Assembly: GCA_020148045.1 (NCBI GenBank)
Contig: JAHCRG010000007.1
Location: forward strand, 22,914 to 86,913
DNA: 64,000 nt
Source: Patescibacteria group bacterium
GTDB lineage: Bacteria; Patescibacteriota; Minisyncoccia; Minisyncoccales; GWA2-38-27
Direction: 5' to 3'
This document shows positions 9,213-18,612 of the stretch, piece by piece. The translations under genes and the position numbers were made by a program. The notes under the pieces are model-generated. The model made no database searches. It was not told the DNA's origin and saw only the letters and a program-made list of their open reading frames with translations. Positions within the stretch are counted from its first letter, which is position 1. The number at the start of each line of letters is the position of its first letter.

Positions 9213-9975
9213 TTTCCCATGTCTTTCCTGCGATAACCGCTTTTTTAAGCTTGAATACCTCGGTAAACGGGCCGCAGTATCTATTCATTATAGTTTTTTC
9301 TCCGGCCCTAATATATCTTAAATTTTGAAGAGGAATAAATGTGTGCATAAATTTGACAAACCCCAGCCCGGGAGCAAGCCAAAAATTATAGATATGCATT
9401 TTTTTACTATTCTCTGCTGCATCTCGATAATTATGCCTTACAAAGAAATGGATACATTTAAATTTTCCTGCTTCTACAGCTATATCTTCAAACCCCACGA
9501 AACTAATGTTGGCTTCTATTCTTTCCTTATCGATTAAGTTGCCTTCATAGTCATAGATAGATTGGATAGCCGAGGAAGAAATATTTTTTCCTAATTCGGA
9601 GGGTATCATTAAAAGCGGTGGGGAGAATTCTCTTATTACCTTCAAAGGCACCTCCCCTACCAGATGCTTATTCATGCAAAACAATATGCCTTTAGAAGAA
9701 AGTATATTTGTCTGAATGCGATCGTTATATTCGCCCTGCCAGAGAAAATTAAATTGTCTGCCCTCAGCTACCTGCTTAACATTTTTAACAGTTATAGTTA
9801 CTATGCCTTCAACAGAACCCTCCCGATGCGCATATATGTATTGATCATTTTCATTTAAAGGGAAAAAATCAGATGCAAAAGAAGGGCTCTTTACTTTCAA
9901 AATATAATGCAAGCTTAGAGTTATAAAAATTATTAATATTATACCCGTCGATAGCCGGTTAAATAATTTTTTCAT
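9199..9975 (-). CDS. exported/anchored hypothetical protein, paralog family member 3
   Basis: 258 aa with the anchor GIILIIFITLSLHYIL and the motifs FPLNENDQYIY, VEAGKFKC and WLAPGLGFVK. Confidence 0.6.
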   Translation of the reverse strand: MKKLFNRLSTGIILIIFITLSLHYILKVKSPSFASDFFPLNENDQYIYAHREGSVEGIVTITVKNVKQVAEGRQFNFLWQGEYNDRIQTNILSSKGILFCMNKHLVGEVPLKVIREFSPPLLMIPSELGKNISSSAIQSIYDYEGNLIDKERIEANISFVGFEDIAVEAGKFKCIHFFVRHNYRDAAENSKKMHIYNFWLAPGLGFVKFMHTFIPLQNLRYIRAGEKTIMNRYCGPFTEVFKLKKAVIAGKTWESDAE

Positions 9976-10015
9976 CCAGGAAGTCCTTAATATAATAGTT
10001 TATTCTCAAGGGCTA

Positions 10016-11485
10016 TTAATTCTTGCCGATATTTAATCTCTTGTTTGCCGTGCTCAATAGATACAATATATACCTGTTGATTAAGACATACCCGCCGTAA
10101 AAGAATTTCCAAAGATTTGCTTTTCTGTATCTTAAATAAGATATAATCACTTTGGGCCTCAGGTAAAATTCACACATTGCTTTTCGCTGAAAATTTAGCA
10201 AATCCTTAGCGTCCATATCGCATGGGACATAGACAGGGTTACCACTGCAATCAGCCCAATCGTGCCAGGAAGTAAACTTTTCCGGCTCAAAAATAGAATC
10301 TGTATTTTTAAAGAGGTCTTCAAAGAACTTGGAGCCTGGATAGGGAACGGCAAGGTTGAATTTTGTAACATCGCAATTTAATTCTTTAGCAAACTTGATG
10401 GTCTCTTCACATGTCTCTTTTGTCTCCCCGGGTAAGCCTAAAATAAATGAGCCTAATGTATATATCTTCGATTTCTTAACAATCCTCATTGTCCTCCTTG
10501 CTTGCTCTAATGTAGTTCCTTTATTATTCCTATCTAAAACGGCCTGGTTTCCCGACTCAAGGCCAAACATGACCAGATGAACGCCTGCCCTCTTCATCAT
10601 CAGCAGTAATTCTTCATTTACTAAATCTACCCTGGTCTCTGTGCACCACTTAATCTTTTTATGCAGGCCTCTTTGAATCAGTTCTCTGCAAAATTGCAAA
10701 CCGAATTCTATAGAAAAAGGGAAATTGGTATCAAAAAAACCAAAATATCGGGCATCATATCTATTGCACATATATTCTAATTCTTTTATAATATCCTCGC
10801 TCTTTCTATAATTTGGCCTTGGATAAATTTTGTCCTGGGCGCAAAATGAACATCTATAAGCGCATCCCCTCGAGCCTAAAATTGGCAATGCCAACTGTTT
10901 ATCTATAATTGCAAGCGGAATATCTGTATAACGCCTAAGGTCAAAAAGATGCCATGCGGGATAAGGCAGTTCATCTAAATTTCTAATAAAAGGCCTGTCT
11001 GGATTGTGGGTTATAGAATTCCCATCTAGAAAACTAATGCCTCTTACACTGCGTAAATTGCCTTTTTTCTTAATCGCTAAAGCAAGCTCCAAAGTCGTAA
11101 CTTCGCCCTCTCCTCTCACAATAATATCCCCGGTTTTTTGCCCTAACAGTTCTTCTGCAAAGATTGTAGCATGGATGCCTCCTAATGCTATCGGGGCATT
11201 GCTAAATCCCCTTATTTGATTAACAAGTACTTTTACATTATTAATTGTCGGCGTAAGGCAAGAGAAACCTATAATTCCCGGATTATATTTTTTAATTTCG
11301 TCTAGAAGTCTTTTGTTATTCATCTTATTGGCAAATTGATCTATAGCCTTAACTTCTATGCCTGCTTTCTCAAGAACAGCGGCAATAGAAGCAATGCCAA
11401 AAGGAAGAATGGGGCGAAAAAAGCTTCTAAGTTTTTGGCTTTTTTCGACCAAAGCCGATGTAGGGTTTACTAATAATATTTTCAT
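10016..11485 (-). CDS. B12-binding-domain radical SAM enzyme (class B), paralog A1
   Basis: 489 aa. The N-terminal Rossmann B12-binding-like domain reads MKILLVNP...IIGFSCLTP...ALGGIHAT...IVRGEGE. The CX3CX2C motif lies in LGSRGCAYRCSFCAQD. It is closely similar to 12702..14198 (KWCTETRVD, AVPYPGSKFFED). Confidence 0.85.
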   Translation of the reverse strand: MKILLVNPTSALVEKSQKLRSFFRPILPFGIASIAAVLEKAGIEVKAIDQFANKMNNKRLLDEIKKYNPGIIGFSCLTPTINNVKVLVNQIRGFSNAPIALGGIHATIFAEELLGQKTGDIIVRGEGEVTTLELALAIKKKGNLRSVRGISFLDGNSITHNPDRPFIRNLDELPYPAWHLFDLRRYTDIPLAIIDKQLALPILGSRGCAYRCSFCAQDKIYPRPNYRKSEDIIKELEYMCNRYDARYFGFFDTNFPFSIEFGLQFCRELIQRGLHKKIKWCTETRVDLVNEELLLMMKRAGVHLVMFGLESGNQAVLDRNNKGTTLEQARRTMRIVKKSKIYTLGSFILGLPGETKETCEETIKFAKELNCDVTKFNLAVPYPGSKFFEDLFKNTDSIFEPEKFTSWHDWADCSGNPVYVPCDMDAKDLLNFQRKAMCEFYLRPKVIISYLRYRKANLWKFFYGGYVLINRYILYLLSTANKRLNIGKN

Positions 11486-11520
11486 AATTTATTATTACTT
11501 ATAGGAGTTTCCCTACCAAA

Positions 11521-12705
11521 TTAACCCCAATATTTAAAAATTTCGCCTGAAATAATCTCTTTCAAAAACCTGCTGTAATTATTAGCATCGTTTTGTTTAT
11601 ATTCAGGGTTAATCCTAACAGTTTGTTCGGCAATTTTTATACAATATCTGCAATCTTCGCAAGAATTGAGGTAGCAGTCTTCTTTCAAGAAATGGTCTAT
11701 AAAGCCATCTAACTTTCTATTGTCAATATAGACATCTAAATCTTTCAGCAGGCCTTTTTTTCTAACTAATTTAAATATATTTACCGCAAATGGATGGAAG
11801 AAGTATTTTATTTTATGGAGAAAATTTGGCCTTTTAAGCCATAGGCTCTTTGATGGATTCATAAACAGGTCATACAAGTTGCCATCGTGTTTCCTGTTTA
11901 AATAAGTATCTACAATAAAGGCGATGGCTTCGGTGGTCATATTCCTATCTACAACCTTGAATTTTTCAATGCCCATGTCTTCATAAACTGCAATATCCTC
12001 CGGCCTTATCCACGCCGAACGGATAAAATTTACTGGGTCGGCAATCATCTTGCTCCTGCACATAAACCGGCAATAATCGAACATAAAGATTCCCAGCTTA
12101 CTCGATGTTTGCGAACCGTGTGAACTAAGATTATGGTGGTAAAGAAATAACGGACAATCTTGGATGCAATTATCATTTACAATAAGTTGCAATTCGCATC
12201 TTACGCTTTCCTTAATCTTTTTCATCAATTTAAATCTGCGTGTCATCTCGGTTTGCGGCAAAGTGATTATTGAAGCCCCTAAGTCTTCCCAAAACTTGGC
12301 CTTAATTACCGAATTGACATGGGCAAAACAAGATACCGAAATTTCGAAATGGGGGTAATGCTTCCTTATCAACTGCGTAAGATAGGGAATTGCTACCACA
12401 ACTCCGTCTGCCTTAATTTCAGACAACCAAGTTAAAAGTTCATGTATTCTCTTCTGGCCAGACCCGGTCAATTCTCGACCGCCTATACAAGTAGAATTTA
12501 AGATATAATAAAATTTTAAGCTATTATTATGGATTTCACAGATGTGTTTCTTTATTTGCTTCTTTGTTACTTTTAGCGATATACAAGAAGGCCTTCCGCC
12601 TCCAAAAAAGTCCCTGTCCAATTTTCCATACACTGTGTCTATATTTGGTTTATTTATTTTCTTGATTAAATCGTTCTGCCAGTTTGTAGGAACCGTTAAC
12701 TTCAT
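11521..12705 (-). CDS. U32-peptidase-like (UbiU/UbiV/RlhA-type fold) protein, paralog B1
   Basis: The start was trimmed to the ATG at 12705, which forms an ATGA overlap with the upstream stop. The protein begins MKLTVPTNW. It has the TIM-barrel-like pattern ADGVVVAIPYLTQLIRKHYP and a Cys cluster region (NDNCIQDCP, DYCRFMCRS). It is a paralog of 14213..15265. Confidence 0.4.
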   Translation of the reverse strand: MKLTVPTNWQNDLIKKINKPNIDTVYGKLDRDFFGGGRPSCISLKVTKKQIKKHICEIHNNSLKFYYILNSTCIGGRELTGSGQKRIHELLTWLSEIKADGVVVAIPYLTQLIRKHYPHFEISVSCFAHVNSVIKAKFWEDLGASIITLPQTEMTRRFKLMKKIKESVRCELQLIVNDNCIQDCPLFLYHHNLSSHGSQTSSKLGIFMFDYCRFMCRSKMIADPVNFIRSAWIRPEDIAVYEDMGIEKFKVVDRNMTTEAIAFIVDTYLNRKHDGNLYDLFMNPSKSLWLKRPNFLHKIKYFFHPFAVNIFKLVRKKGLLKDLDVYIDNRKLDGFIDHFLKEDCYLNSCEDCRYCIKIAEQTVRINPEYKQNDANNYSRFLKEIISGEIFKYWG

Positions 12706-14198
12706 AGCAAGCAACGCCTTTTATTTTTATAATTCTTTGATTTAGCGATAATTCCTTTGAGTAGCATTGAAGCCAGCCACAAAAATCCAAGAAAAAGGTT
12801 TTTCAAGGTTACTGTTCTCTGTAAAATATGGTTCATAATAGCCCTAGGCCTTACATAAAAATCAAACATTGCTCTCCTCTGCAAATATCTCAGGGTCTCG
12901 CTGTCTAAATCTTCCGGGCAATAAACAAGGTCGCCTTTTGCTGATGTCCAATCGCTCCAACTAGTAAACTTTTCTGGCTCAGCTACCTTTTTATTATGCC
13001 TGATGAAATCTTCAAAGAATTTGGATCCGGGGTAGGGAACGGCAATATTAAACTTTACCAAGTCGCATCTTATCTCCTTTGCAAATGTTATAGTCTCCAT
13101 ACAAGTGTCTTTAGTCTCACCCGGAAGTCCAAGCATAAACAGGCCCTGGCTCAATATCCCGGCTTTTTTTGTTTCCTGTACTGCTATTCTCGCCTGTTCT
13201 AAGGTAGTTCCTTTATGGATACTTTTAAGGATTCTTTTATTTCCGACTTCTATGCCATACATAATAAGATGCACCCCTGCTTCTTTCATTGCCTTTAATA
13301 GTCCCGGGGAAACCTTATCAACTCTTGTCTCTGTACACCACTTAAGCTTTTTGTGCAGCCCGCGCTTTATCATGATATTGCAAAACTTTAATCCGGATTC
13401 CTCATCGAAAGGAAAATAGGCGTCGGAGAATCCAAAATACCGTATTTTACAAGAAGTTAAGAAGTATTCTATTTCATCGACAACCTTATTTAAATCGCGA
13501 TACCTTACCTTAGCGTATACAGTGTCTTGAGAACAATAATAACATCTATAAGGGCACCCTCGTGACGCCATTATCGGTATTGCCCTTGAATTAGATATCG
13601 CAGATAGAGGAACTTCACTATAATCATCTAAATTTAAAGCATCCCATGCCGGAAAAGGCAGTGCATCAAGATTATCAATAAGCCTGCGCTCTGGGTTGTG
13701 TCTTATTCCTCCAGGCAAACGGAAACTAATGCCGGCTACATCCTCTAATTGTTTGCCCTGCATAAGATGATTGCATAACTCCAGCATAGTTGTTTCTCCC
13801 TCTCCCCTCACTACAATATCAGCTGTGTAATCCTTAAGCATTTCTTCAGGAAAACAGGTGGCATGAATATTACCCAAAACAATTTTACTGCTAATTCTTG
13901 ACTTGCGGATCAGTAAAACCAGCCTTCTAATATCGGGCATAACCGGCGTAAGCGCAGAGAAACCTATAATAAACGGCTTTTGCTTTTTGATAGAATCGAT
14001 AAGTTCGCTGTCAGGCATCTTTCTTGCATACTGGTCGATAACAGAGACCTTTAGGCCATTGTTACGGAGCACGGCGGCAATATAGCATAGTCCAAGCGGA
14101 GCGATAGGAGTGCAGAATCTGCGGTAGCCCCAACTGTTATTTATTAATTTAGAATTAGGATTTATAAGCAAGACATCCGTATCTCTTTGCATTTGCAC
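12702..14198 (-). CDS. B12-binding-domain radical SAM enzyme (class B), paralog A2
   Basis: 498 aa with a B12-binding-like N-terminal domain and MASRGCPYRCYYCSQD. It has long identical stretches with 10016..11485. Confidence 0.85.
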   Translation of the reverse strand: MQMQRDTDVLLINPNSKLINNSWGYRRFCTPIAPLGLCYIAAVLRNNGLKVSVIDQYARKMPDSELIDSIKKQKPFIIGFSALTPVMPDIRRLVLLIRKSRISSKIVLGNIHATCFPEEMLKDYTADIVVRGEGETTMLELCNHLMQGKQLEDVAGISFRLPGGIRHNPERRLIDNLDALPFPAWDALNLDDYSEVPLSAISNSRAIPIMASRGCPYRCYYCSQDTVYAKVRYRDLNKVVDEIEYFLTSCKIRYFGFSDAYFPFDEESGLKFCNIMIKRGLHKKLKWCTETRVDKVSPGLLKAMKEAGVHLIMYGIEVGNKRILKSIHKGTTLEQARIAVQETKKAGILSQGLFMLGLPGETKDTCMETITFAKEIRCDLVKFNIAVPYPGSKFFEDFIRHNKKVAEPEKFTSWSDWTSAKGDLVYCPEDLDSETLRYLQRRAMFDFYVRPRAIMNHILQRTVTLKNLFLGFLWLASMLLKGIIAKSKNYKNKRRCLL

Positions 14199-14212
14199 AG
14201 GCCCTTAAAATT

Positions 14213-15265
14213 TCAAACTGTTTCGAAGAGTTTATTAATCTCTTTCAATAAGCATTCTTTTTTGGTCTGATCAACCGAGACCTCTACGCTGTCCATATAA
14301 AAGGTATCCTTTGTTAAATATATCTTTAACAGGGACTTAATATGCCTTTCCTTTGAAAGTACGCCATAGAGCTCTTTGCGATTGCAGAAATATAAGCATT
14401 TGAGGCCGGTCCTAATAAAAAGCGTGGGAAAAAATTTTAAGAGAATGCTAATAATCGAAGAATATCTACTTTCCGCAACCGAAGTGTTTACTAACCTAAA
14501 ACAATTGCCGTTATAGCTTTTTTGGGAATATGCCATCGCACAATTAATAATCCAGTTGGCAGGCTTGGTTCTTCCCCCCAGTTTAAGGAAATCAACCCCT
14601 ATCCCCTCATATTTTTTCACATCATTTGGGTAAATAAACCCCGTCTCTCTAAATAATGAGGGATTGTTTAATTTTAGCTTTAAGCACTTGAATATCCCTT
14701 TTTGAAAGTGCCCTGCGCTCTCTAAGTGCTCTCTCCAATAAGGGCAATTGGGAAGGCAGATGTTATTTGCCAAAAGCTTTATCTGTAAAGCTGTCTTTTG
14801 CTTGACCAGCCTGATAAACTCCAAATCGCTATTTTTAGTATAATCTAAGCAAATGACGTCACAGTCGAGTTCTTTAAATAGCATTGCCTCCTTAAGAGAA
14901 TCGATTTTGCAGGCAATGGAACTGCAGATTTTGAAAGGATATTCCTTCTTAACGAATGAAATAAAGCTGTAATTGGAGGCAGTTACCATATCCACATTGA
15001 TTTTGCTGAGTCTATCTAAAAGAGCAATCCTCTGTTTGGTAATAGTTATATTGGGATGATTTAGGACATAGTTAAATTTGATGCCTAATTCATGAGAGTA
15101 TTCTACATATTCTTTAAATCTTCCCGTATCAACTTTAGGCAAAGCGTACGAAGGCAAAACAGTTCCGCCGGCATCATTCTGTAAACTACCATAAGTATCG
15201 TGGACTGTGCCTTTCAGCTTTTCGAGAATCCTAAAGTCAAAGTTTGTGGGGGCGGATATCTTCAT
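14213..15265 (-). CDS. U32-peptidase-like protein, paralog B2
   Basis: 350 aa. MKISAPTNFDF and NNICLPNCPYWREHLESAGH align with MKLTVPTNW and NDNCIQDCPLFLYHHNLSSHG of 11521..12705. Confidence 0.4.
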   Translation of the reverse strand: MKISAPTNFDFRILEKLKGTVHDTYGSLQNDAGGTVLPSYALPKVDTGRFKEYVEYSHELGIKFNYVLNHPNITITKQRIALLDRLSKINVDMVTASNYSFISFVKKEYPFKICSSIACKIDSLKEAMLFKELDCDVICLDYTKNSDLEFIRLVKQKTALQIKLLANNICLPNCPYWREHLESAGHFQKGIFKCLKLKLNNPSLFRETGFIYPNDVKKYEGIGVDFLKLGGRTKPANWIINCAMAYSQKSYNGNCFRLVNTSVAESRYSSIISILLKFFPTLFIRTGLKCLYFCNRKELYGVLSKERHIKSLLKIYLTKDTFYMDSVEVSVDQTKKECLLKEINKLFETV

Positions 15266-15272
15266 TTTTGTT

Positions 15273-16796
15273 TTATTCTAACAGAAGTCGCATAATATAA
15301 ATTAATGCTTCTGCATTTTTATTTTTATTGTATCCTTTTCTCGCCAGCAGCCAGCCGTCCTCCATATGCACTACTCCGTAGTTATCTTCCGCCAAAAAGT
15401 ATTTTAATTGCAAGAGAAGTTCTTTCCTATCGATGTGATAAAGGTCGTCTTTTAGCAAATCTACAAATATATAATCCCATTTATATTTCCTGATAAGGAC
15501 TTCTCGGGATAACACACCCAAGAATTTACATCGTCCAAGGTGCGGCGCTAAGGATTGTAAAGTTATGCAAGATGCTCCGGAAGGAATCTTCTTTAATAAT
15601 TTATGTCCGATTTCGCTATGTCTTGTGGGCCTGTAATATCCAAAATGAAAATTTTTGCTAAATGGCATAGGCCCCAACTTATCCCCAAATACGCCTTTCG
15701 GCTTTACATAATAGTGCTGCAGAAATGCAACTATTAAGATCAGTACAGCTAATATCTTATGTAATAATTCCTTTTTTATGCCTTTATATTTAACAAAGAA
15801 CTTATTAATGGCCTTCTCTGTTCCATATACAGCGCCGGCAAAGATAAAGGCTAAGATTAAAAAATGTCCCGAGGAATGCTGATTTCTGAGCAATATAAAC
15901 CCTATTTCTGGTATGATAGGCAGAAGATGCAAAGGGGACAAAAATACAAAGATATTAGGCAAAGGATAAAAAGCATAAAGGAACATATTGTCTAGGTTGA
16001 AGAGATTTTTTATAAACAACGATGGGTTATTTAAAGCGTATCGCAAAGCCTCTATCAGACTACTGCCGTATCGGTCAAAATGCAACATTGGCGCGGGGAA
16101 AGACTGAGCTGTTAATTTAAGATAAATAAAGCAAAGGCCCGTTGTAACTATTAGCCAAATAGAGCTGATTTTTACAACTGTTTTTCCATATTTGCTTTTT
16201 GCTTTAGAAAAGGATAGGATTAACCCCAAAATAAGAGTCATTACCACTGTATCGACCTTTGACATATTAGCTAAAATTATAAAAAAAATGAATTTCCCGA
16301 AATTCTCTTTTTCCAAATAATAAAAAGCAAACAAAAGGAAAGGCAGCCCCAGCGAAAGAGGAATATAGCCTAACATTGCGCCTGTGGTTACAATAGGATG
16401 CAAAAGATATGCGATAGAAAAGGCGCCGGCTAAATAGGCACTATACAAGCGCTTTCTTGCGAGAAAATATATAGGCAGAGCCGCGCTTGCCATTATAATA
16501 CTTTGAAAAATATATAGTGCTTCGGCTCTGAGAATAAATTTATAGATAAATGCGATTAGGTAATTAATAGGAGTGAACAAAAAAAACAATACAGCATATT
16601 CGGGGCAAACATATACATTAAAAATACTGATACCTTCAGATAATTTTGGATAAATATGTATGAACTGCCATCCAAATAAAGTAGGAGAAAATATTTTAAA
16701 TTTTAAAATATTTATAAAAGCGAAGGCGATTGCAAAAATTAGGCTAAAGACGCAAATTATAATAAAGCTTAAATTATAATGTTTGTTGGAGCTCAT
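15273..16796 (-). CDS. large polytopic membrane protein (GT-C / DUF2079-like candidate)
   Basis: 507 aa with about 12 hydrophobic helices and a C-terminal soluble domain. It lies next to a CE4 deacetylase. Confidence 0.3.
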   Translation of the reverse strand: MSSNKHYNLSFIIICVFSLIFAIAFAFINILKFKIFSPTLFGWQFIHIYPKLSEGISIFNVYVCPEYAVLFFLFTPINYLIAFIYKFILRAEALYIFQSIIMASAALPIYFLARKRLYSAYLAGAFSIAYLLHPIVTTGAMLGYIPLSLGLPFLLFAFYYLEKENFGKFIFFIILANMSKVDTVVMTLILGLILSFSKAKSKYGKTVVKISSIWLIVTTGLCFIYLKLTAQSFPAPMLHFDRYGSSLIEALRYALNNPSLFIKNLFNLDNMFLYAFYPLPNIFVFLSPLHLLPIIPEIGFILLRNQHSSGHFLILAFIFAGAVYGTEKAINKFFVKYKGIKKELLHKILAVLILIVAFLQHYYVKPKGVFGDKLGPMPFSKNFHFGYYRPTRHSEIGHKLLKKIPSGASCITLQSLAPHLGRCKFLGVLSREVLIRKYKWDYIFVDLLKDDLYHIDRKELLLQLKYFLAEDNYGVVHMEDGWLLARKGYNKNKNAEALIYIMRLLLE

Positions 16797-16821
16797 GCGC
16801 GCGCTCTGTAATGTATTTATT

Positions 16822-17622
16822 TTACACCTTTCGGGATAAATAATTATGGATTGTCTCTGCCCTGAGGTCCTTTCTTTTGCACCATGCCAGAAAGTTATCC
16901 AGCAAGCCTAAAGTCTTATTTCCCGTATTGCGTGTTATCACATAAGGCAACTTAAAAGGCATTTTCCGGTCAATATTAGCAAAGTCCCAAGAATGAAAAT
17001 AAATGTTGATATAGTCATGAGTAAAGAGCGCCCAAGATGTGCAAAATTTAGCATAATTCAGGCCAAACCATCGAAACCAAATCCAAGAGAAAGGCAACCT
17101 GATAATTGGAGTAACCGAGATAGGAATATTTACTAATCCGCTCTTTGACTTCATTCTCCTAGATTTCAAAAAATTACAATAGCGACCGGGGACATATGTA
17201 GGATGGCAACTGTTGTCATAATCAAATCCAGACTTTCTAACAATATCAAAAGGCAAAACAACTAATTTGTGATTTTTGAAACCGTAAATCTTCGTCCTTA
17301 TATTCTTTTCTATTTTTTCTTTGATATATTTAATCTCGGCAATGGTCTCCTGGGCATTGCCATTTTTTTTATAATCTATGTTAGCATGAAGGCCCACTTC
17401 ATGCCCATCAGCGATTAATTGCCTTAATAGGTCGGGATACGTCTCTGATATCTTCTCAGTAACAAAAAAGGTAATTTTAATTGAATGGTCTCTAACAACT
17501 TTAAGCAATCTCTGTATTCCCGCAAAAGCTGTCTCGAGCATTAATTCTTCCGATATCGCTGCTCCGAAATCAAAAGGCAGGCTAAACTCCTCAAAGTCGC
17601 ATGCTAATAGCAATATTTTCAT
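16822..17622 (-). CDS. polysaccharide deacetylase (CE4-like)
   Basis: 266 aa with ITFFVTEKISETYPDLLRQLIADGHEVGLHA, an H-x-x-x-x-H metal motif in the NodB-like pattern. Confidence 0.65.
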   Translation of the reverse strand: MKILLLACDFEEFSLPFDFGAAISEELMLETAFAGIQRLLKVVRDHSIKITFFVTEKISETYPDLLRQLIADGHEVGLHANIDYKKNGNAQETIAEIKYIKEKIEKNIRTKIYGFKNHKLVVLPFDIVRKSGFDYDNSCHPTYVPGRYCNFLKSRRMKSKSGLVNIPISVTPIIRLPFSWIWFRWFGLNYAKFCTSWALFTHDYINIYFHSWDFANIDRKMPFKLPYVITRNTGNKTLGLLDNFLAWCKRKDLRAETIHNYLSRKV

Positions 17623-17625
17623 TTT

Positions 17626-18612
17626 TTACTCGAATGTCCCTTTGATAACTTTGATTAAAGAAGGTATTTTAAACAAATAAACCATATTAAGCTCTAAAGT
17701 CCCTGTGCACCAGCAATATGGGCAGGAATGTAACGGTAAAGCGCTAAAGGCTTTTTTTACGCCGGCGTTTACACAATTTGCTGTGCCTGCAACTCTCAGG
17801 CCTTCACAGGGGTGCATATCTCCATTTGGTTTAATATGGCAAAAAATCCTGCCGCCGATGCAACTGTTAAGTTTTTTCCCCTCGGGGTAAAATCTGAGAT
17901 AACTTAAAGCGGGCAGGGAATTAAGCACGTATTTATTTCTTTTAGCCTCCCGTATAATATACGCAATCTTTTCTCTATATAGACCGGTGGGAGGAGTTAA
18001 CCATTTTATATCTTTTTTGCCAGAGTGGATATATTTTAAAGGAGAAAACCTCACGGGAATTTTAAGTTCCTTGCTTTTATTTATTATAAATTCAATATAC
18101 GGTAAATTTAATCTATTCAATGTAGTGTTAAAAGCTACTTTAATTTTGTGTTTCTTGGCTATAGAAGCTGCTTGTAAAGTCCTCTTATATGCTCCTGGTC
18201 CTCTTAATTCATCCTGAATGAATTCTGGACCATCAAAGCTCAGCTTTAGCATATATATATTCTTTAAAGATTCTATGCGTTCCGGGACCAGGGCTCCATT
18301 GGAAATAACTTGAGTTTGTACATTTTTACGCCGACAATAATTGATTATTTGACCGAGGTCACTCCTCAACAATGGTTCTCCGCCGCAGAAACTGATTATC
18401 GCAGTCCCCATTCCTTTTAAATCATCAATAATTGATAAAACTTCGCTCGTTTTTAACTCGCCCCCTGAATCAAACGCAGGAATACCGCAATATTTACAAT
18501 TATAGTTGCATCGGTATGTCAGATACCAACTCACCGCCAAAGGAAGCCTTTTATTGAATAATCGCGCACTCAAAAGCCCTAATGCGCTTTTACATTTTGA
18601 CCTGAAATCCAT
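17626..18612 (-). CDS. radical SAM enzyme with C-terminal SPASM/twitch-like Cys domain
   Basis: 328 aa with YLTYRCNYNCKYCGIP and FCGGEPLL. The C-terminal region reads CIGGRIFCHIKPNGDMHPC...CPYCWC. Confidence 0.8.
   Translation of the reverse strand: MDFRSKCKSALGLLSARLFNKRLPLAVSWYLTYRCNYNCKYCGIPAFDSGGELKTSEVLSIIDDLKGMGTAIISFCGGEPLLRSDLGQIINYCRRKNVQTQVISNGALVPERIESLKNIYMLKLSFDGPEFIQDELRGPGAYKRTLQAASIAKKHKIKVAFNTTLNRLNLPYIEFIINKSKELKIPVRFSPLKYIHSGKKDIKWLTPPTGLYREKIAYIIREAKRNKYVLNSLPALSYLRFYPEGKKLNSCIGGRIFCHIKPNGDMHPCEGLRVAGTANCVNAGVKKAFSALPLHSCPYCWCTGTLELNMVYLFKIPSLIKVIKGTFE

Noticed and set aside
11521-12714. ORF-track starts with N-terminal extensions (TTG at 12714, TTG at 52096, ATG at 54212, 57801, 58441 and 63711)
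   Set aside because: The extensions run through upstream stops, riboswitch or terminator sequence, or precede an obvious signal peptide, P-loop or ATGA-coupled ATG. Shorter starts were adopted (12705, 52045, 54161, 57747, 58408, 63645).
16797-16810. GCGCGCGC alternating tract just upstream of the ATG at 16796
   Set aside because: It is only 8 nt with no partner repeat or conserved context, so it is too short to interpret.
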